From assembly GCF_021057185.1 (NCBI RefSeq), contig NZ_CP054059.1, forward strand, positions 990,001 to 1,022,000: 32,000 bases of DNA. The letters run 5' to 3'. Below the pieces are notes generated by a model. That model was not told where the DNA came from. It saw only the letters and a list, made by a program, of their open reading frames with translations, and did no database searches. The position numbers and the translations under genes were made by a program. This DNA is from Candidatus Absconditicoccus praedator (GTDB lineage: Bacteria; Patescibacteriota; Gracilibacteria; Absconditabacterales; Absconditicoccaceae). The number at the start of each line of letters is the position of its first letter. Within the stretch, counting starts at the first letter, position 1. Positions 1-11,145 of this stretch are shown one piece after another.

Positions 1-5
1 CAAAA

Positions 6-206
6 CTATTCAAACATCTTTTTTTTAATCAGAGAACTCAAAAGAGACCCTGTTACCACCAAACTAAAAATAAAACCACCTCCAAAAAAGTAAAGAATGA
101 AATAATCTTCATAGAGTATAAAACCAAGAGCTGCAAAATCTCCCAGGAACAAGGCCAGGATTCCAAACAAAACAATCCAGACCTTGTCTTCATCAAACTC
201 CATCAT
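6..206 (-). CDS. small membrane protein, 66 aa, two predicted TM helices (hypothetical)
   Basis: ATG at 206 with AGGAG at 214-218 (7-nt spacer) and TAG at 6-8. Peptide MMEFDEDKVWIVLFGILALFLGDFAALGFILYEDYFILYFFGGGFIFSLVVTG... All 7 Gly are GGN; there is no UGA codon. Confidence 0.5.
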   Translation of the reverse strand: MMEFDEDKVWIVLFGILALFLGDFAALGFILYEDYFILYFFGGGFIFSLVVTGSLLSSLIKKKMFE

Positions 207-278
207 AATATTTCTCCTATATTTGATTCCTTGATGGCAAATACAAATTAAATATTTATTATCTAATGTCAATACAAA

Positions 279-2366
279 ATGCAAGAAGAAGAAAGTATTA
301 CTATCCAAGAACCAAATTATATTGAACTGATAAGCAAAAACTTAAATATTGGTCAATGACAAGTACAAACCGTTTTGAATCTAACATCAGAATGAGCTAC
401 AGTACCTTTTATTTCTCGTTACAGAAAAGAGCAAACCAACAATCTGGACGAAAACCAAATAAGAGAAATCCTGGAACTTAGGAAAAAAGAAAAAAATCTA
501 CACCTTGCCAAGCAAAAAGCCATCAACTGAATCCATGAACAGTGAAAGCTAACCAATGATTTACAAGACAACATCCTAAACTGCCAAACTCTCAAAGAAG
601 TAGAAGAAATCTACAAACCCTACAAGTCCAAGAAAAAAACAAAAGCTATGATTGCTATAGAAAAATGATTTGAGCCTGTAGCCCATAACCTGCTCAACAA
701 CATCTTACAAATCCCTGATGAACTACTCCAACAATATGCCCAAGAAGAAATACTAGAATGAGCTGTACAGATTATAGCAAGCTGGATTAGTTCAAACTCA
801 CAGCTTAGACATAAACTGCTAAATACTCTATACTCATTAGGAAGCATATCATCATCATACAAATCAGAAAAAATGCTTGAAAAACTCAACCCAAAAGAAA
901 AATCTCAAATTCCCAAGTTTGAAATATACAAAAACTTCACAATCCAAATTTCAAAAATCAAACCTTATCAAACCCTAGCTCTCAACAGATGAGAAAGTCT
1001 AGGAATTTTGAATGTCAAAATCCTCAAAGATGAAGATATTTTTGCAAAAATACAAAAATACTACCTCAATTCTTTGGAAATAAAAAACCAACTCAATGAA
1101 TACCTACTTGAATGATTCAAAACCTGATACAATGCACTTTTTGAGTCTGTAGAAAGACAAATTAGGTCAGAGCTTACCGAAAAAGCTCACGATGAAGCAA
1201 TAGTTACTTTCCAGCAAAACCTCAAATCTTTGCTTATGACCAAACCACAATACTGACAAAAAATTCTTGCAATAGATCCTTGATTCAAGACTTGATGTAA
1301 AATCACCATACTGGACGAACTTGGAGATCCTCAAACTTTTGACAAAGTATATCTGGAACAAAAACAAGAAACAATCAACAAAATACTGGACCTTACCAAC
1401 AAATATAATATCCAAACTATAGTAATATGAAACTGAACCTGAAATGAAAAACTCCAGGAACTCATCAACAATGAATTTGAAGGTGATATCTATATTGTTA
1501 ATGAATCCGGTGCTTCGGTTTATTCTGTTTCCAAAACAGCCAAAGAAGAATTTCCAAATTACCAAGATGTTGATATCTGAACTATATCTATTGGAAGAAG
1601 GTTTATAGATCCACTGGCAGAACTTGTAAAAGTACCGGTAGGAAGTATATGAGTTGGGCTTTATCAACACGATATTCCTAACAAAAAACTAGAAGAAAAA
1701 CTAAATTATGTGGTAGAAGACTGTGTAAATAATGTTGGTATAAACATCAACACAGCTAGCATTCACTTACTAAATCACATATCCTGAATCAACAAAACTC
1801 AAGCCAAAAAAATCTTCAACAACAAACCTTATCAATCAAGACAAGAACTTCAAAAAATACTTGGACCCAAAGCATACCAACAAGCTATATGATTCCTAAG
1901 AGTTCCAGAAAGCAGTGAAACTCTGGACAACACCGATATCCATCCAGAACAATATCAGCTTGCAAAATATATAATATCCAACAACAAAACACAACCTGAT
2001 GACCAAATGCCAGAAATGTATCCTGATGTTACTCAAACAACAATTGATTTTATCCGAAAAGCTTATAAAAATATTGGGAATGACCCAAGAACTAATTTTG
2101 CTCACCAAAAAGCCCAACAACCAATCACTATAGAACAACTCAAAGAATGAGATATGCTACAAGGTATAGTAAGAAATGTAGTAGCTTTTGGAGCTTTTGT
2201 GGATGTTGGATTAAAGAATGACTGATTAGTGCATATTTCTGAACTTGCCAATGAATTTGTATCCAACCCTATGGATATAGTAAAAGTTGGTGATACTGTA
2301 GATGTCAAAGTAATATGAATAGATGAAGAAAATGGTAAAGTCCAGCTAAGTATGAAAGATAGCTAA
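279..2366 (+). CDS. tex: Tex-like transcription accessory protein (YqgF/RuvC-like, HhH and C-terminal S1 domains), 695 aa under table 25
   Basis: Uninterrupted from ATG 279 to TAA 2364-2366 when TGA=Gly. Hand translation gives ...EGATVPFISRYRKEQTNNLDE..., ILAIDPGFKTGCKI, VIGNGTGNEK, VGSIGVGLYQHD, and the S1 domain [30 protein letters not shown]. Several of these conserved Gly are TGA. Confidence 0.93.
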
Positions 2367-2374
2367 AAAACAAA

Positions 2375-2410
2375 AAAGATGCTAAATTATTAATAAAGCA
2401 TCTTTTTTTT
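2375..2410. terminator. bidirectional intrinsic terminator between convergent tex and serS
   Basis: A 9-bp stem, aaagatgct (2375-2383) pairing with agcatcttt (2397-2405), with a 13-nt loop. A T-run follows on the + strand and an A-run precedes it, which is a T-run on the - strand. Confidence 0.6.
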
Positions 2411-2452
2411 ATTAAATATAAGTTTTGAAATCACAGAAATTTACAAAACAAA

Positions 2453-3712
2453 CTATATCTCCTCTACTCCCATATAAGGCTGCAATACTTTTGGTACCTT
2501 TATTTTCATATCTTTTGTTTGAAAGTTTTCTACTATTGCAATAAGTGGTCTCATAGAAATAACAGTACCATTCAAAGTATGTAGATAATCTTTTTCTTTG
2601 TGTTCTTTGTATTTGATATTTGCTCTTCTTGCCTGAAAATCAGTACAGTTAGAACAAGATGTTATCTCCTTGTATGTGTCTTGACCTGGGAACCAAGCTT
2701 CCAAATCGTATTTTTTGGCAGCATGAAAACCTGTATCTCAAGTACAAATATCAATTTTTTGATAATGAATTCAAAGCTCTTGATATATCTCCTCTTCTAT
2801 ATCTAATAAAAATTGATGTTCTTTTTCACTATCTTCTGGAGACACAAAACTTACCATCTCTACTTTTTCAAACTGATGCAAACGAATAAGTCATTTGGTA
2901 TCTTTTCAATAACTTCCTGCCTCTCTCCTATAACATGGAGAATAACCTATATATCTAAGAGGTAATTTTTCTTTATCTATTGTTTCATCCAAATGCTGAG
3001 CCACAAGAGACACCTCTGAAGTTCAGATAAGATACAAATTGTCTTCTCACTCATTTACAGCATATATCTCATTTTCTTCTGCAGGGAAGAATCCTGTAGC
3101 CAACATTGATTTTTCTCTGACCAAATTAGGAACCAATGTAGGAGAAAATCATTTTTTCACTAGCTTGTTTACAACATAATGCAACAATGCCATATGCAAC
3201 AAAACTAATCCGTCCCTAATATAATAGAATCTTGCTCAAGAAACCTTGGCAGATCTTTGTTGATCTAGCATCTGTCTTTTTTCCAACAACTCATAATGTG
3301 GTAGTGGATCAAAATCAAATTGTGGTTTTTCTCATACATAAGAGTTTACACGATTTTCATCATCACTTTCTCAAAAAGGCACATCATCCAAAGCTGGATT
3401 TGGAATTTTTAAGTACATACTGTTGAATTCTTCTATAATTTCTTTGTACTCATTTTCTTTTTCTTCTAATTGGTTTTTGATTTCTTTGACTTTTGCTATT
3501 TTGTCAGAAGTATCTTCTCACTGTTTTTGAAGTTGAGGTATTTCTTTGGAGATTGTATTTCTCTGATGACTAAGCTCATCTATTTGTTTTTTGAGCTGTC
3601 TTGCATTTGTATCTAGCTGCAAAAGTTTAGTAAAATCTATATCTATTCATTTTTCTTTTGTTTTTTGTTGATATCGTTCTGGATTCTCACGAAGTTTTTT
3701 TAGGTCAATCAT
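2453..3712 (-). CDS. serS: seryl-tRNA synthetase, 419 aa
   Basis: ATG at 3712, TAG at 2453-2455, length 1260 nt. N-terminal coiled coil [17 protein letters not shown]..., then [40 protein letters not shown], and C-terminal [18 protein letters not shown]...HTLNGT. Needs TGA=Gly. Confidence 0.95.
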
Positions 3713-3913
3713 TTATTATTATAACTAGATAAAACTCTAAGTTTTTTATAAGGATTTTGGGGAGTTTTTCAAGTATTATAAAAAGTTAACCAAGAAAAAG
3801 TTGTTAATTATAAATATTTTTGTGAGTAAATTTTTATAACACCATACAGTCTAAAAAAAACATAAAAATTATTATATTAAATGAAAATACAAATTATAAG
3901 CAATATAAATTTA

Positions 3914-3943
3914 TTGACTTTTTGTAATAAAAACATATATATT
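3914..3943 (+). promoter_or_regulatory. sigma70-like promoter for the 65-aa ORF
   Basis: TTGACT at 3914-3919, an 18-nt spacer, TATATT at 3938-3943, about 45 nt upstream of ATG 3988. Confidence 0.4.
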
Positions 3944-3987
3944 TTATTGTTTAATTATTTGGAGTTCAAAAAAAAAGGAGTCTTTTT

Positions 3988-4185
3988 ATGAAAAGATGCT
4001 ATGATTGCAAACATTTCAAGCCTAACATGCATTTTGAAGATGATGAAATGCTGTTTGAGGCATATGGTGTATGTACTCGTTCAAATAGGTTTGTGTTCCA
4101 AGAAGTCCACATGAGCTGGGTGGAGGCTCTACTCAGAAGAAGATGTGGAAGAAAGAAAAGATACTTCCTACAAGTAAAAACCTAA
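3988..4185 (+). CDS. small Cys-rich protein, 65 aa (hypothetical, possible Zn-binding CxxC...C...C)
   Basis: Intact even in the standard code. AAGGAG at 3975-3980 with a 7-nt spacer; stop is TAA. Peptide MKRCYDCKHFKPN...GVCTRS...RRRCGRKK. No UGA codon. A perfect hairpin follows at 4193-4219. Confidence 0.6.
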   Translation: MKRCYDCKHFKPNMHFEDDEMLFEAYGVCTRSNRFVFQEVHMSWVEALLRRRCGRKKRYFLQVKT

Positions 4186-4192
4186 TAACAAA

Positions 4193-4219
4193 AAACCCTA
4201 GGGCATATCCCTAGGGTTT
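4193..4219. terminator. bidirectional intrinsic terminator (perfect 11-bp stem)
   Basis: aaaccctaggg (4193-4203), loop catat, ccctagggttt (4209-4219). It sits between the convergent 65-aa ORF (+) and the 92-aa Zn-ribbon ORF (-). Confidence 0.75.
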
Positions 4220-4249
4220 ATCAAAAGGGTAATTTTTCAAAAAAGTTTG

Positions 4250-4528
4250 TTATTTTTTGATAGTTCATATCATTCATTGGTTGAGCTTATTCATATATTT
4301 TCAGCTAATTAGTTTAACTGTTGCTAACCTTCATCAACAATTTGGACAAAAAACATCAGTATTTTCAGGAAGTTCATTTATAAAAACTCAAGCACAATCT
4401 TCTGTTATTCTTTCTTTATTTATTTTGATTAGTCTTCAACTTCCTCCTTTTTTGTATTTTACAAGCTTTTGTCAACACTTACAATAAACAGTAAGCATTT
4501 TATATTTTGTAAGTTTTCTACCAGACAT
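4250..4528 (-). CDS. zinc-ribbon protein, 92 aa (hypothetical)
   Basis: ATG 4528, TAA 4250-4252, 279 nt. MSGRKLTKYKMLTVYCKCGQKLVKYKKGGSGRLIKINKERITEDCAGVFINELPENTDVFCPNCGGRLATVKL... has paired CxC and CxxC motifs. Contains several in-frame TGA=Gly. Confidence 0.55.
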
Positions 4529-4555
4529 ATATTTGAAATTAATATTCAAAAAAAT

Positions 4556-4577
4556 AGCATGTGTAGTTACACATACT
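4556..4577 (-). terminator. weak putative terminator after the 53-aa ORF
   Basis: A 6-bp AT-rich stem, atgtgt (4559-4564) pairing with acacat (4569-4574), followed on the - strand by gcTATTTTTTT. Confidence 0.25.
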
Positions 4578-4588
4578 ATCTTAAATTG

Positions 4589-4750
4589 TTATTCTTCAAG
4601 TGCAGGTTCCTGCTGCTGCTCCTCTTCTCACACTCACAAAACATATAAGGTTTCTCTAGATGATTTGTCTGCCATATCTACAAATCAAGGAGTAGAGTCT
4701 ACTTTTGATATTGGATGATCGATTTCTTCAAATATTCATTTTCCTTCCAT
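4589..4750 (-). CDS. small acidic protein, 53 aa (hypothetical)
   Basis: ATG 4750, TAA 4589-4591, 162 nt. MEGKGIFEEIDHPISKVDSTPGFVDMADKSSRETLYVLGVGEEEQQQEPALEE. The frame opens only after an in-frame stop at 4784-4786. No recognisable family. Confidence 0.35.
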
Positions 4751-4872
4751 ATTTTGGATTAATATTACAATATAAATATTGGATTATATATTGATTTATT
4801 TTTACAATTCAACATAATTTTCGTACCCAAAACAATCATCTACAGCACAAGATTTAATTTACACATCAAATA

Positions 4873-7800
4873 TTATTTGTTATAGGATTTAATTAAATTA
4901 TCATACAAAAATACAGGTATAATAATCAAAGTCAAAATAGCAGACACAGACAAACCAAATATTATAGACCAAGCCAAACCACTCCAAACCGGGTCTCCAA
5001 GAATAGTTGTAATTCACAAAACTGTAGTCAAAGAAGTAATAATAATAGGTCTAAGTCTGGTTTTACCTGCATTTATTATACTAGACTTCAAAGTCCATCA
5101 TCTTGCCAAAAGATTGTTCATATACTCTATCAGAATAATCGCATTTCAAACAACAATACCTGCCAATGCTATCACTCATATCATAGAAGTTGCACTAAAA
5201 TACTCACCTGTAAGCAAATACAACATAGTAAAACCTGGGAAAACACCAAAAAATCATAAAAGGAAAGTTATCATTATAACACCTCAAATAGCAAATCACT
5301 TGAACTGACCCACCATCAAGAAATATATCAACATTAAAGCTATTATCATAGCAACACCAAGATCTGCAAAAGTATCCATAGTAACTTCCCACTCTCATCA
5401 AAAATCTATTTGGAATTTTTCTCCAGTTGCTTTATCCTGTATTTCAACTCAATATGGACTCCATCAAGTCATTTCAAATGCATCTCCCCAAAAATCATCA
5501 TTGAAAAATGAAACAAACAATCCTATCACAGGATACACCACAGAATTTTCTCACATTTCTCAATAAATATATGCAGTTGGTCTAAGCTGATCTGTTCTTT
5601 TGAAATCATCAGACTCCATAGGCACAATATCCGCTACTTCTTTCAGTGGCACTTTTCTTCAAGTTTCACTTGTAAACCTGATATCATCAAAACTATTAAT
5701 ATCATCAGCATATTCATCATCTGCTCTTACAAACAATCATATTTCTTCTCTTGCAGAATCATCACGGTATATTCCAACCTTTCATCCATCAAATACATTA
5801 TAAACAGTATTCCTTATTTGTTCTGCACTCAACCCAAGTCTGGTTGCTTTTTCATGATTTATTCTAACATCATAAGTTGTTTGATAATCTTGAACAGTAG
5901 TATAAACATCTTCTACACTTTCTTTTGATAAATAATCATAAGTTGTTTGATACATCCAATTTGTTAGATTATTTATTTCCTGATAAGAGGTACCTGGTTG
6001 GCCTGACACCTTCATTTTATAAGTTGCTTGAACAGGTGGACCTGGTGGTTCCTCCAAAACTCTAATTTCAGCATCTGGATATTTTTCTTTTATATGTTTT
6101 GTAAGCAAATCTCTAAATTTTATTACAAATTCTGGAGAACTTATATCTCTATTATCTTTGTTTAGTATATTTACTCTACTAGATATTTGATTTTGTTGCT
6201 GCCTTTCTGCTGCACCACGGAAAGTATTTGCAAAATCAGGAACAGGAGGCAATCCTACCCAATAAGATGTGTTTTTAATTATATTCAAATCTTGCTGAGG
6301 ATATTTATCGTTGTCCACTTCTGGAGAAAATTTTCTCATAAAATCTGACATGTGTTGAGCAACTTGTTTTGATTTATCCAACGATGTATCTCTTGGCATA
6401 TCTATCCAAACAAAGAAATTATCCTGATCTGACTTAGGCAGCATTTGAGCCTTGAATATATTCAAAAATATTGGAACAAAAACAACCAGTCACAAAGCTC
6501 ACCAAAAAATCATTTTTAGAGAACTTCTTCTAAGTTTTTTGTTTTCTCATATAAAGTACTCAAGTATGTTTACATACCATTTTTCAATTTTTGTTGTTGA
6601 AACTTCATGAGCTCAACTATCAGCAACTTTATCAACATCCTTTAGCTTGTATGATTCTTTTTTCTTATCAAATCTTGGATTGTCAGCCAACATATAGGCA
6701 ATAAATGGATTTATACTAAATGCTATAAAAAACGAAGCAGTCAGTGCTATTATTGCATATTGAGGGATGGGTCACATATACTCTCCCATCATATCAGCCA
6801 CAAAAAACATTGCCACAAACGCCAAAATTCTAGTAATAGTAGCCAAAACCACTCCAAAACCTACTTCATCTACAGCATCTTTGATTGCTTGTAGTTTATT
6901 TTTTCAAGTTTTAACTCTTTCATCTAAATGCCTAGAAATATTTTCTACTACAACAGTACTATTATCTACCAACATACCTAATACAAGTATCAAAGCAAAA
7001 AGAGTTATTCTGTTTACATTATCTCATATACTTAAGGCAACAAAAAATGTAATACCAAGGGCCAATGGTATAGCAATACTATTATTTAATGCATCTCTAA
7101 ATCAAAGATAAAACAACAAAACCAAAAACACTATAATAATAGCCTGAAAAAGATTAGTTAAAAGCATATTAGTGGCACTTTGAGCAGTTTGTCAGTCGTC
7201 CTGTACTGGCTGAATATGGTAACCTTCTGGAAGTGTAGGTTCAAGTTTTTCTATTTTTTCTTCTATATCATCCACCAAGAAAATAGAATTTTTATCTGGA
7301 GCTTTTGCTATACCAAGATACACTGCATCTTTGGAAGATTTATGATCTGCAAAAAAAGTATAATGAGTTTGTGGAGATGCTCATTTATATATTCTAGCAA
7401 GATCACCAAGATACACAGGAGCTCACTCATGCTCTCAAACTACAAGTCTTTCTATATCCTCTACTGAAGAATACTCTCCTGACACCTTCACTTGAGACAA
7501 ACTATCACCGTATGATATAGTTCATCAAGGCTGATTTTCATTATTTTCTTTGATAGTTTGAATAACTTGTAGCATATCAACCCCTCTTGTATGAAATTTT
7601 TCTATATCAAAAAGTATATTTATATTTTCTTTTTCTGCTCAATTCAGATAAAACCTTGTTGTTCAATCAATCTGTTTGAACTCATCAACCAACTGGTCTC
7701 ATATCTTCCTAAGTTGTAGCATATTTTCCTCGTCGTCTAATGGCTTGTCTTCATGATAAACTGCTATTGTGTATATAGGAATTTCATCTGGATCAATTGG

Positions 7801-8193
7801 TTGCACATCAGGTCTTTCTACTCAGTATGGAGACAGATCTAGATTGGAGTATATTTTGTTGTAAAGTCTTGTAGTTGCAACTTCTTGATCCATCCCAACC
7901 TCAAAACTTACCATTACTCATGCTTTGTGTGGCATTGAAGTTCATTGAATATCATCTACTCATTCTATTTGTGAAAATACTTGTTCCATTTCACGAGTAA
8001 CAAGATTTTTTACTTGTTGAGAATTATACCCTGGTGCTTCTGCCATAATCTGAAATGCTGGCACTTCTATGTCTGGATTGTACTGTTTTGGTATAGTATA
8101 CCAAGAAAAAAATCAGGCAAAAACAATACAGATTATTACCACAGCAGTTATTTTAGGATTTTGTATCCAAAAATTCGCAAATTTTCAAAACAT
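4873..8193 (-). CDS. RND-superfamily efflux transporter (AcrB/AcrD/AcrF-like), 1106 aa
   Basis: ATG 8193, TAA 4873-4875, 3321 nt, continuous under table 25. N-terminus MFGKFANFWIQNPKITAVVIICIVFAGFFSWYTIPKQYNPDIEVPAFQI. TM bundle with FLVLLFYLGFRDALNNSIAIPLALGITF...GMLVDNSTVVVENISRH. C-terminal repeat LAGIVVGNAIILIEY...AGKTRLRPIIITSLTTVLG. Confidence 0.9.
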
Positions 8194-8310
8194 CGTTAAA
8201 TTTTTATTAAATTAAATATGACTTTAAAACAAATCCATTTATATCATTCCTACATAAAACACAATAGTTTCTACTAAAAATCTATTCTATTTTAACACTC
8301 TAAATTTTTC

Positions 8311-10212
8311 TTATCTTAAGATGTCACCATACTCTATATCACCTTCCACAATACAATCTCACATACTACAAGCTTTCTTATCCACAAAAACCTTCTCAAA
8401 ATTGTTTTCAGATTTTTTCTTGTATACAAATGAATTTCAATAATCATACCTTATTTTATTGTATGGTACAGTTAAACCATAATCTCTAGACTCTCACAAA
8501 AACACATCCAAATTCATTCATATTCTTAATTCTTGAGGAGTTTCATTAAGAGTTATTTCTACAGGTAATGTTCTGGAGAACTCATCTACAATAGGTCATA
8601 TATTACTCACATATCATTCATACTCTTTTTCATTGAAGTCGGTTTTAGCTATAGCATAATCTCATTCAGTTATATCTTCCATCTCACTTTCAGATACCAT
8701 CACATCAATTTGTAAATCTTCCATAGAAGAAATCTCAAACATAGCAACCTGAGGATTTACCAACTGTCATATTTGAACATATTTTTTAGTAATTATTCAA
8801 TCAAATGGAGCATATATTACTGAGTCATCTAGTTCTTGAGACTTCATATCCAATTCCATATTCATCTCATCTATTTGTGCTTGTATTTCTGATAGTTCTG
8901 CTTGTTTTTGATCTTTTTGAGAATTTAGCATATTTTTTGCTTCTTCGTATTCTTGATTAGCTATTTCTATCTGGTTTTCAAGTACATCTTTTTCAGTTTG
9001 AACATCATCCAAATCTATATTTGAAGATATTTCAGACTGATCCACTTTTTCTTTTGCTGTATTGTACTCTTTTTCAGCAGAATCTATAGCATTCTGAAGC
9101 TCATCAATCGCAGATTTTTCTTTTTCCTTGAAATCATCTATATTTTGTAAAGATGCTTGTATTCATACATTAAAACTTCAGTCTGTTCATATTATCATAT
9201 CTTCTATATCTGACTGATAGTTGGTAGTTTTTTCTTTCAGCTCATCTATTTTTGATTGAGGAAAAGTTGATCATGAAACACTGTTATCCAAAACATCATA
9301 AAAAAGGTATGAAAAACTACTTAAATCAGAAAAAAAATCCTCGCCATACTCAAGAAGATCTTTAGTTTTCTCTTTTCTTTCTTCTCATTCATAAGAATCC
9401 AACTCATCAATTTTATCAATATACTCTTCATAATCAGATCTTAGGCTCTCCCACTGCCTTTCTGATCTATCTTTCAATGAAGATTTTCTTGCCGAAAGAT
9501 TTGTTTCAAAATGATTGTTTTTATTTTTATTTGCATCTGATACTCACAAAATCTCATCAGTAAAATCCAAAAAATTTCTTGAAAGATTTCTAGAGTTTCT
9601 CAAAGCAGACTCAGCACCATCATATATACTTTTCTCTTCTTGTTCCAATTGAGAAGATTTATTTTCCAAGTTTAATTTTGCCATATCCAACTGTAGTTGA
9701 GCATTTTCCTTTTGTGTATTGGCTATATTTTGCTGTGTTTGGGAAAGTTGTTCAACATTTACAACCGAACTTCAAGCGTGCTCCAACTGTCTTTGAATTA
9801 TGTTTATATTTTCTTCTGCTTGTTGAACTTGAGATCTAGTAGCCTCTATTTGTTGTTCAAACATATTTTCAGTATTCTGCTGAAGATTTTCCATGGTTTG
9901 TATAGTATTTTCTATACCATCATAAGCTATAGAAGCATAGTTTGTATCAATATTTGCTATTGGCTGTCCTTGTCTTACAAAATCACCCTCTTCATAATTT
10001 AAATTCACTATAAATCATTCTACTTTTGGCTGTAATGTTGTTTGTCTATCAGGCTGTACTACACCTACATAAGACTCTTCACTCATTAATGCTCAAGTAG
10101 ATACCTCATATTCACTTTGATATGTTTTTGGTTTTGAAGAAGTCTCTTCTACACCACATCAGTATATTGTAGATATTAGTATAAACATTCATAACATTAA
10201 AAACTTTTTCAT
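8311..10212 (-). CDS. HlyD/membrane-fusion-protein family efflux adaptor, predicted lipoprotein, 633 aa with an extended coiled coil
   Basis: ATG 10212, TAA 8311-8313, 1902 nt. Signal and lipobox-like MKKFLMLGMFILISTIYGCG, with the Gly before the Cys encoded by TGA. Lipoyl-like FIVNLNYEEGDFVRQGQPIANID. About 370 aa of heptad-rich Q/E/K sequence. Then SVIYAPFDGIITKKYVQIGQLVNPQ and a beta-barrel-like tail. It lies directly upstream of the RND gene. Confidence 0.8.
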
Positions 10213-10317
10213 CCAGATAATATTATATTATAAATTATTTTGAAAATAAATATTTTTTTCTAATCTTCTAGAAAAAATATTAAAAAAACAAAAAAAGCAA
10301 ATACAAATTAATCATTA

Positions 10318-10791
10318 TTAATTTTTTATCAACATATTTATAGAATAAAAAATGGGTTCTAGAAAAACTCCAGAACCCAGTCAAAATCATGAGGAAAAAC
10401 CTCTAAGCTTTCTTAATTCATCCCAGCTAATATATTCTATCCATTGAACTCCAAAACCCTGAACACCCAACAAAATTGGATATTCTTCAAAATTTGGGGA
10501 AGAATCTCCTAGATCAACAGCAAAAACTGCTATATCTCTAATTATACTATCTGGAAAGAGTTGGTTGATCTCCAAGAAACCAACATAACCTTCTGTTTCT
10601 TTGTACTTGAATATAGGTTTCACAATGCCTTTAAATAGTTCAGGAAAGACAACTTTTAAAAGTTTTTTATGTTTTCTACCAAATATTCTATAAAAATCGG
10701 TGTCTTGCATCAAGACTATCATGCTTCTACCAGATGAATGATCCAGCTTCACATAAAATATATCTTGACGATGTTCAGTTACAACACCCAT
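10318..10791 (-). CDS. hypothetical protein. The core is 134 aa (10390-10791) ending at TGA 10387-10389; table 25 read-through adds 23 aa up to TAA 10318-10320.
   Basis: ATG 10791 with GGAGG at 10801-10805 (9-nt spacer). MGVVTEHRQDIFYVKLDHSSGRSMIVLMQDTDFYRIFGRKHKK...GVQWIEYISWDELRKLRGFSS. All 11 Gly are GGN and there is no internal TGA. The ORF-track start at 10809 is a GTG. Confidence 0.6.
10345..10378 (-). terminator. intrinsic terminator 9 nt after the TGA of the 134-aa ORF
   Basis: On the - strand: GGGTTCTGGagtttttCTAGAACCC followed by ATTTTTT. Stem gggttct (10354-10360) pairs with agaaccc (10372-10378). Confidence 0.65.
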
Positions 10792-10921
10792 AAACCTGGA
10801 CCTCCACACTACAATTCAAGTAAAAGCAAGACGTAGTATATTCTTCTTAGAAAAAAAGTCAACCTTATTAAAAAATCCACAAGAGTAAAACAAATAATAT
10901 ATTTTTTAGGTTACAAATCTA

Positions 10922-11116
10922 TTATCTTTCAAGAATATACAATATCATAAAGTGAATAATAAAAAACACAAATAAAACCAAAAACAAACGAAAAATATAG
11001 TTTAGCAAATGATTAAAATCAATTATTCACAAAACAAAGCCTATCATAAACAAACCAAAAGAAAACAAAAACACTACAATGTACATAACTCATATAGATT
11101 TTGCCTTATCCAACAT
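10922..11116 (-). CDS. small hydrophobic membrane protein, 64 aa (hypothetical)
   Basis: ATG 11116, TAA 10922-10924. MLDKAKSIGVMYIVVFLFSFGLFMIGFVLGIIDFNHLLNYIFRLFLVLFVFFIIHFMILYILER. Uses TGA=Gly. Sits just downstream of miaA. Confidence 0.4.
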
Positions 11117-11145
11117 ATCAATATATTTATTAATAAATTTGTAAA

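Noticed and set aside
3713-3987. A possible T-box or other leader riboswitch upstream of serS, and similarly upstream of alaS and glyA.
   Set aside because: The serS upstream region is almost pure A/T. It has no T-box consensus and no convincing specifier or antiterminator helices. The alaS and glyA leaders are too short.
10792-10809. The GTG start at 10809 implied by the ORF track (MWRSRFMGVV...).
   Set aside because: The ATG at 10791 sits 9 nt downstream of a GGAGG that the GTG-initiated frame would have to translate through, so ATG 10791 is the more plausible start.
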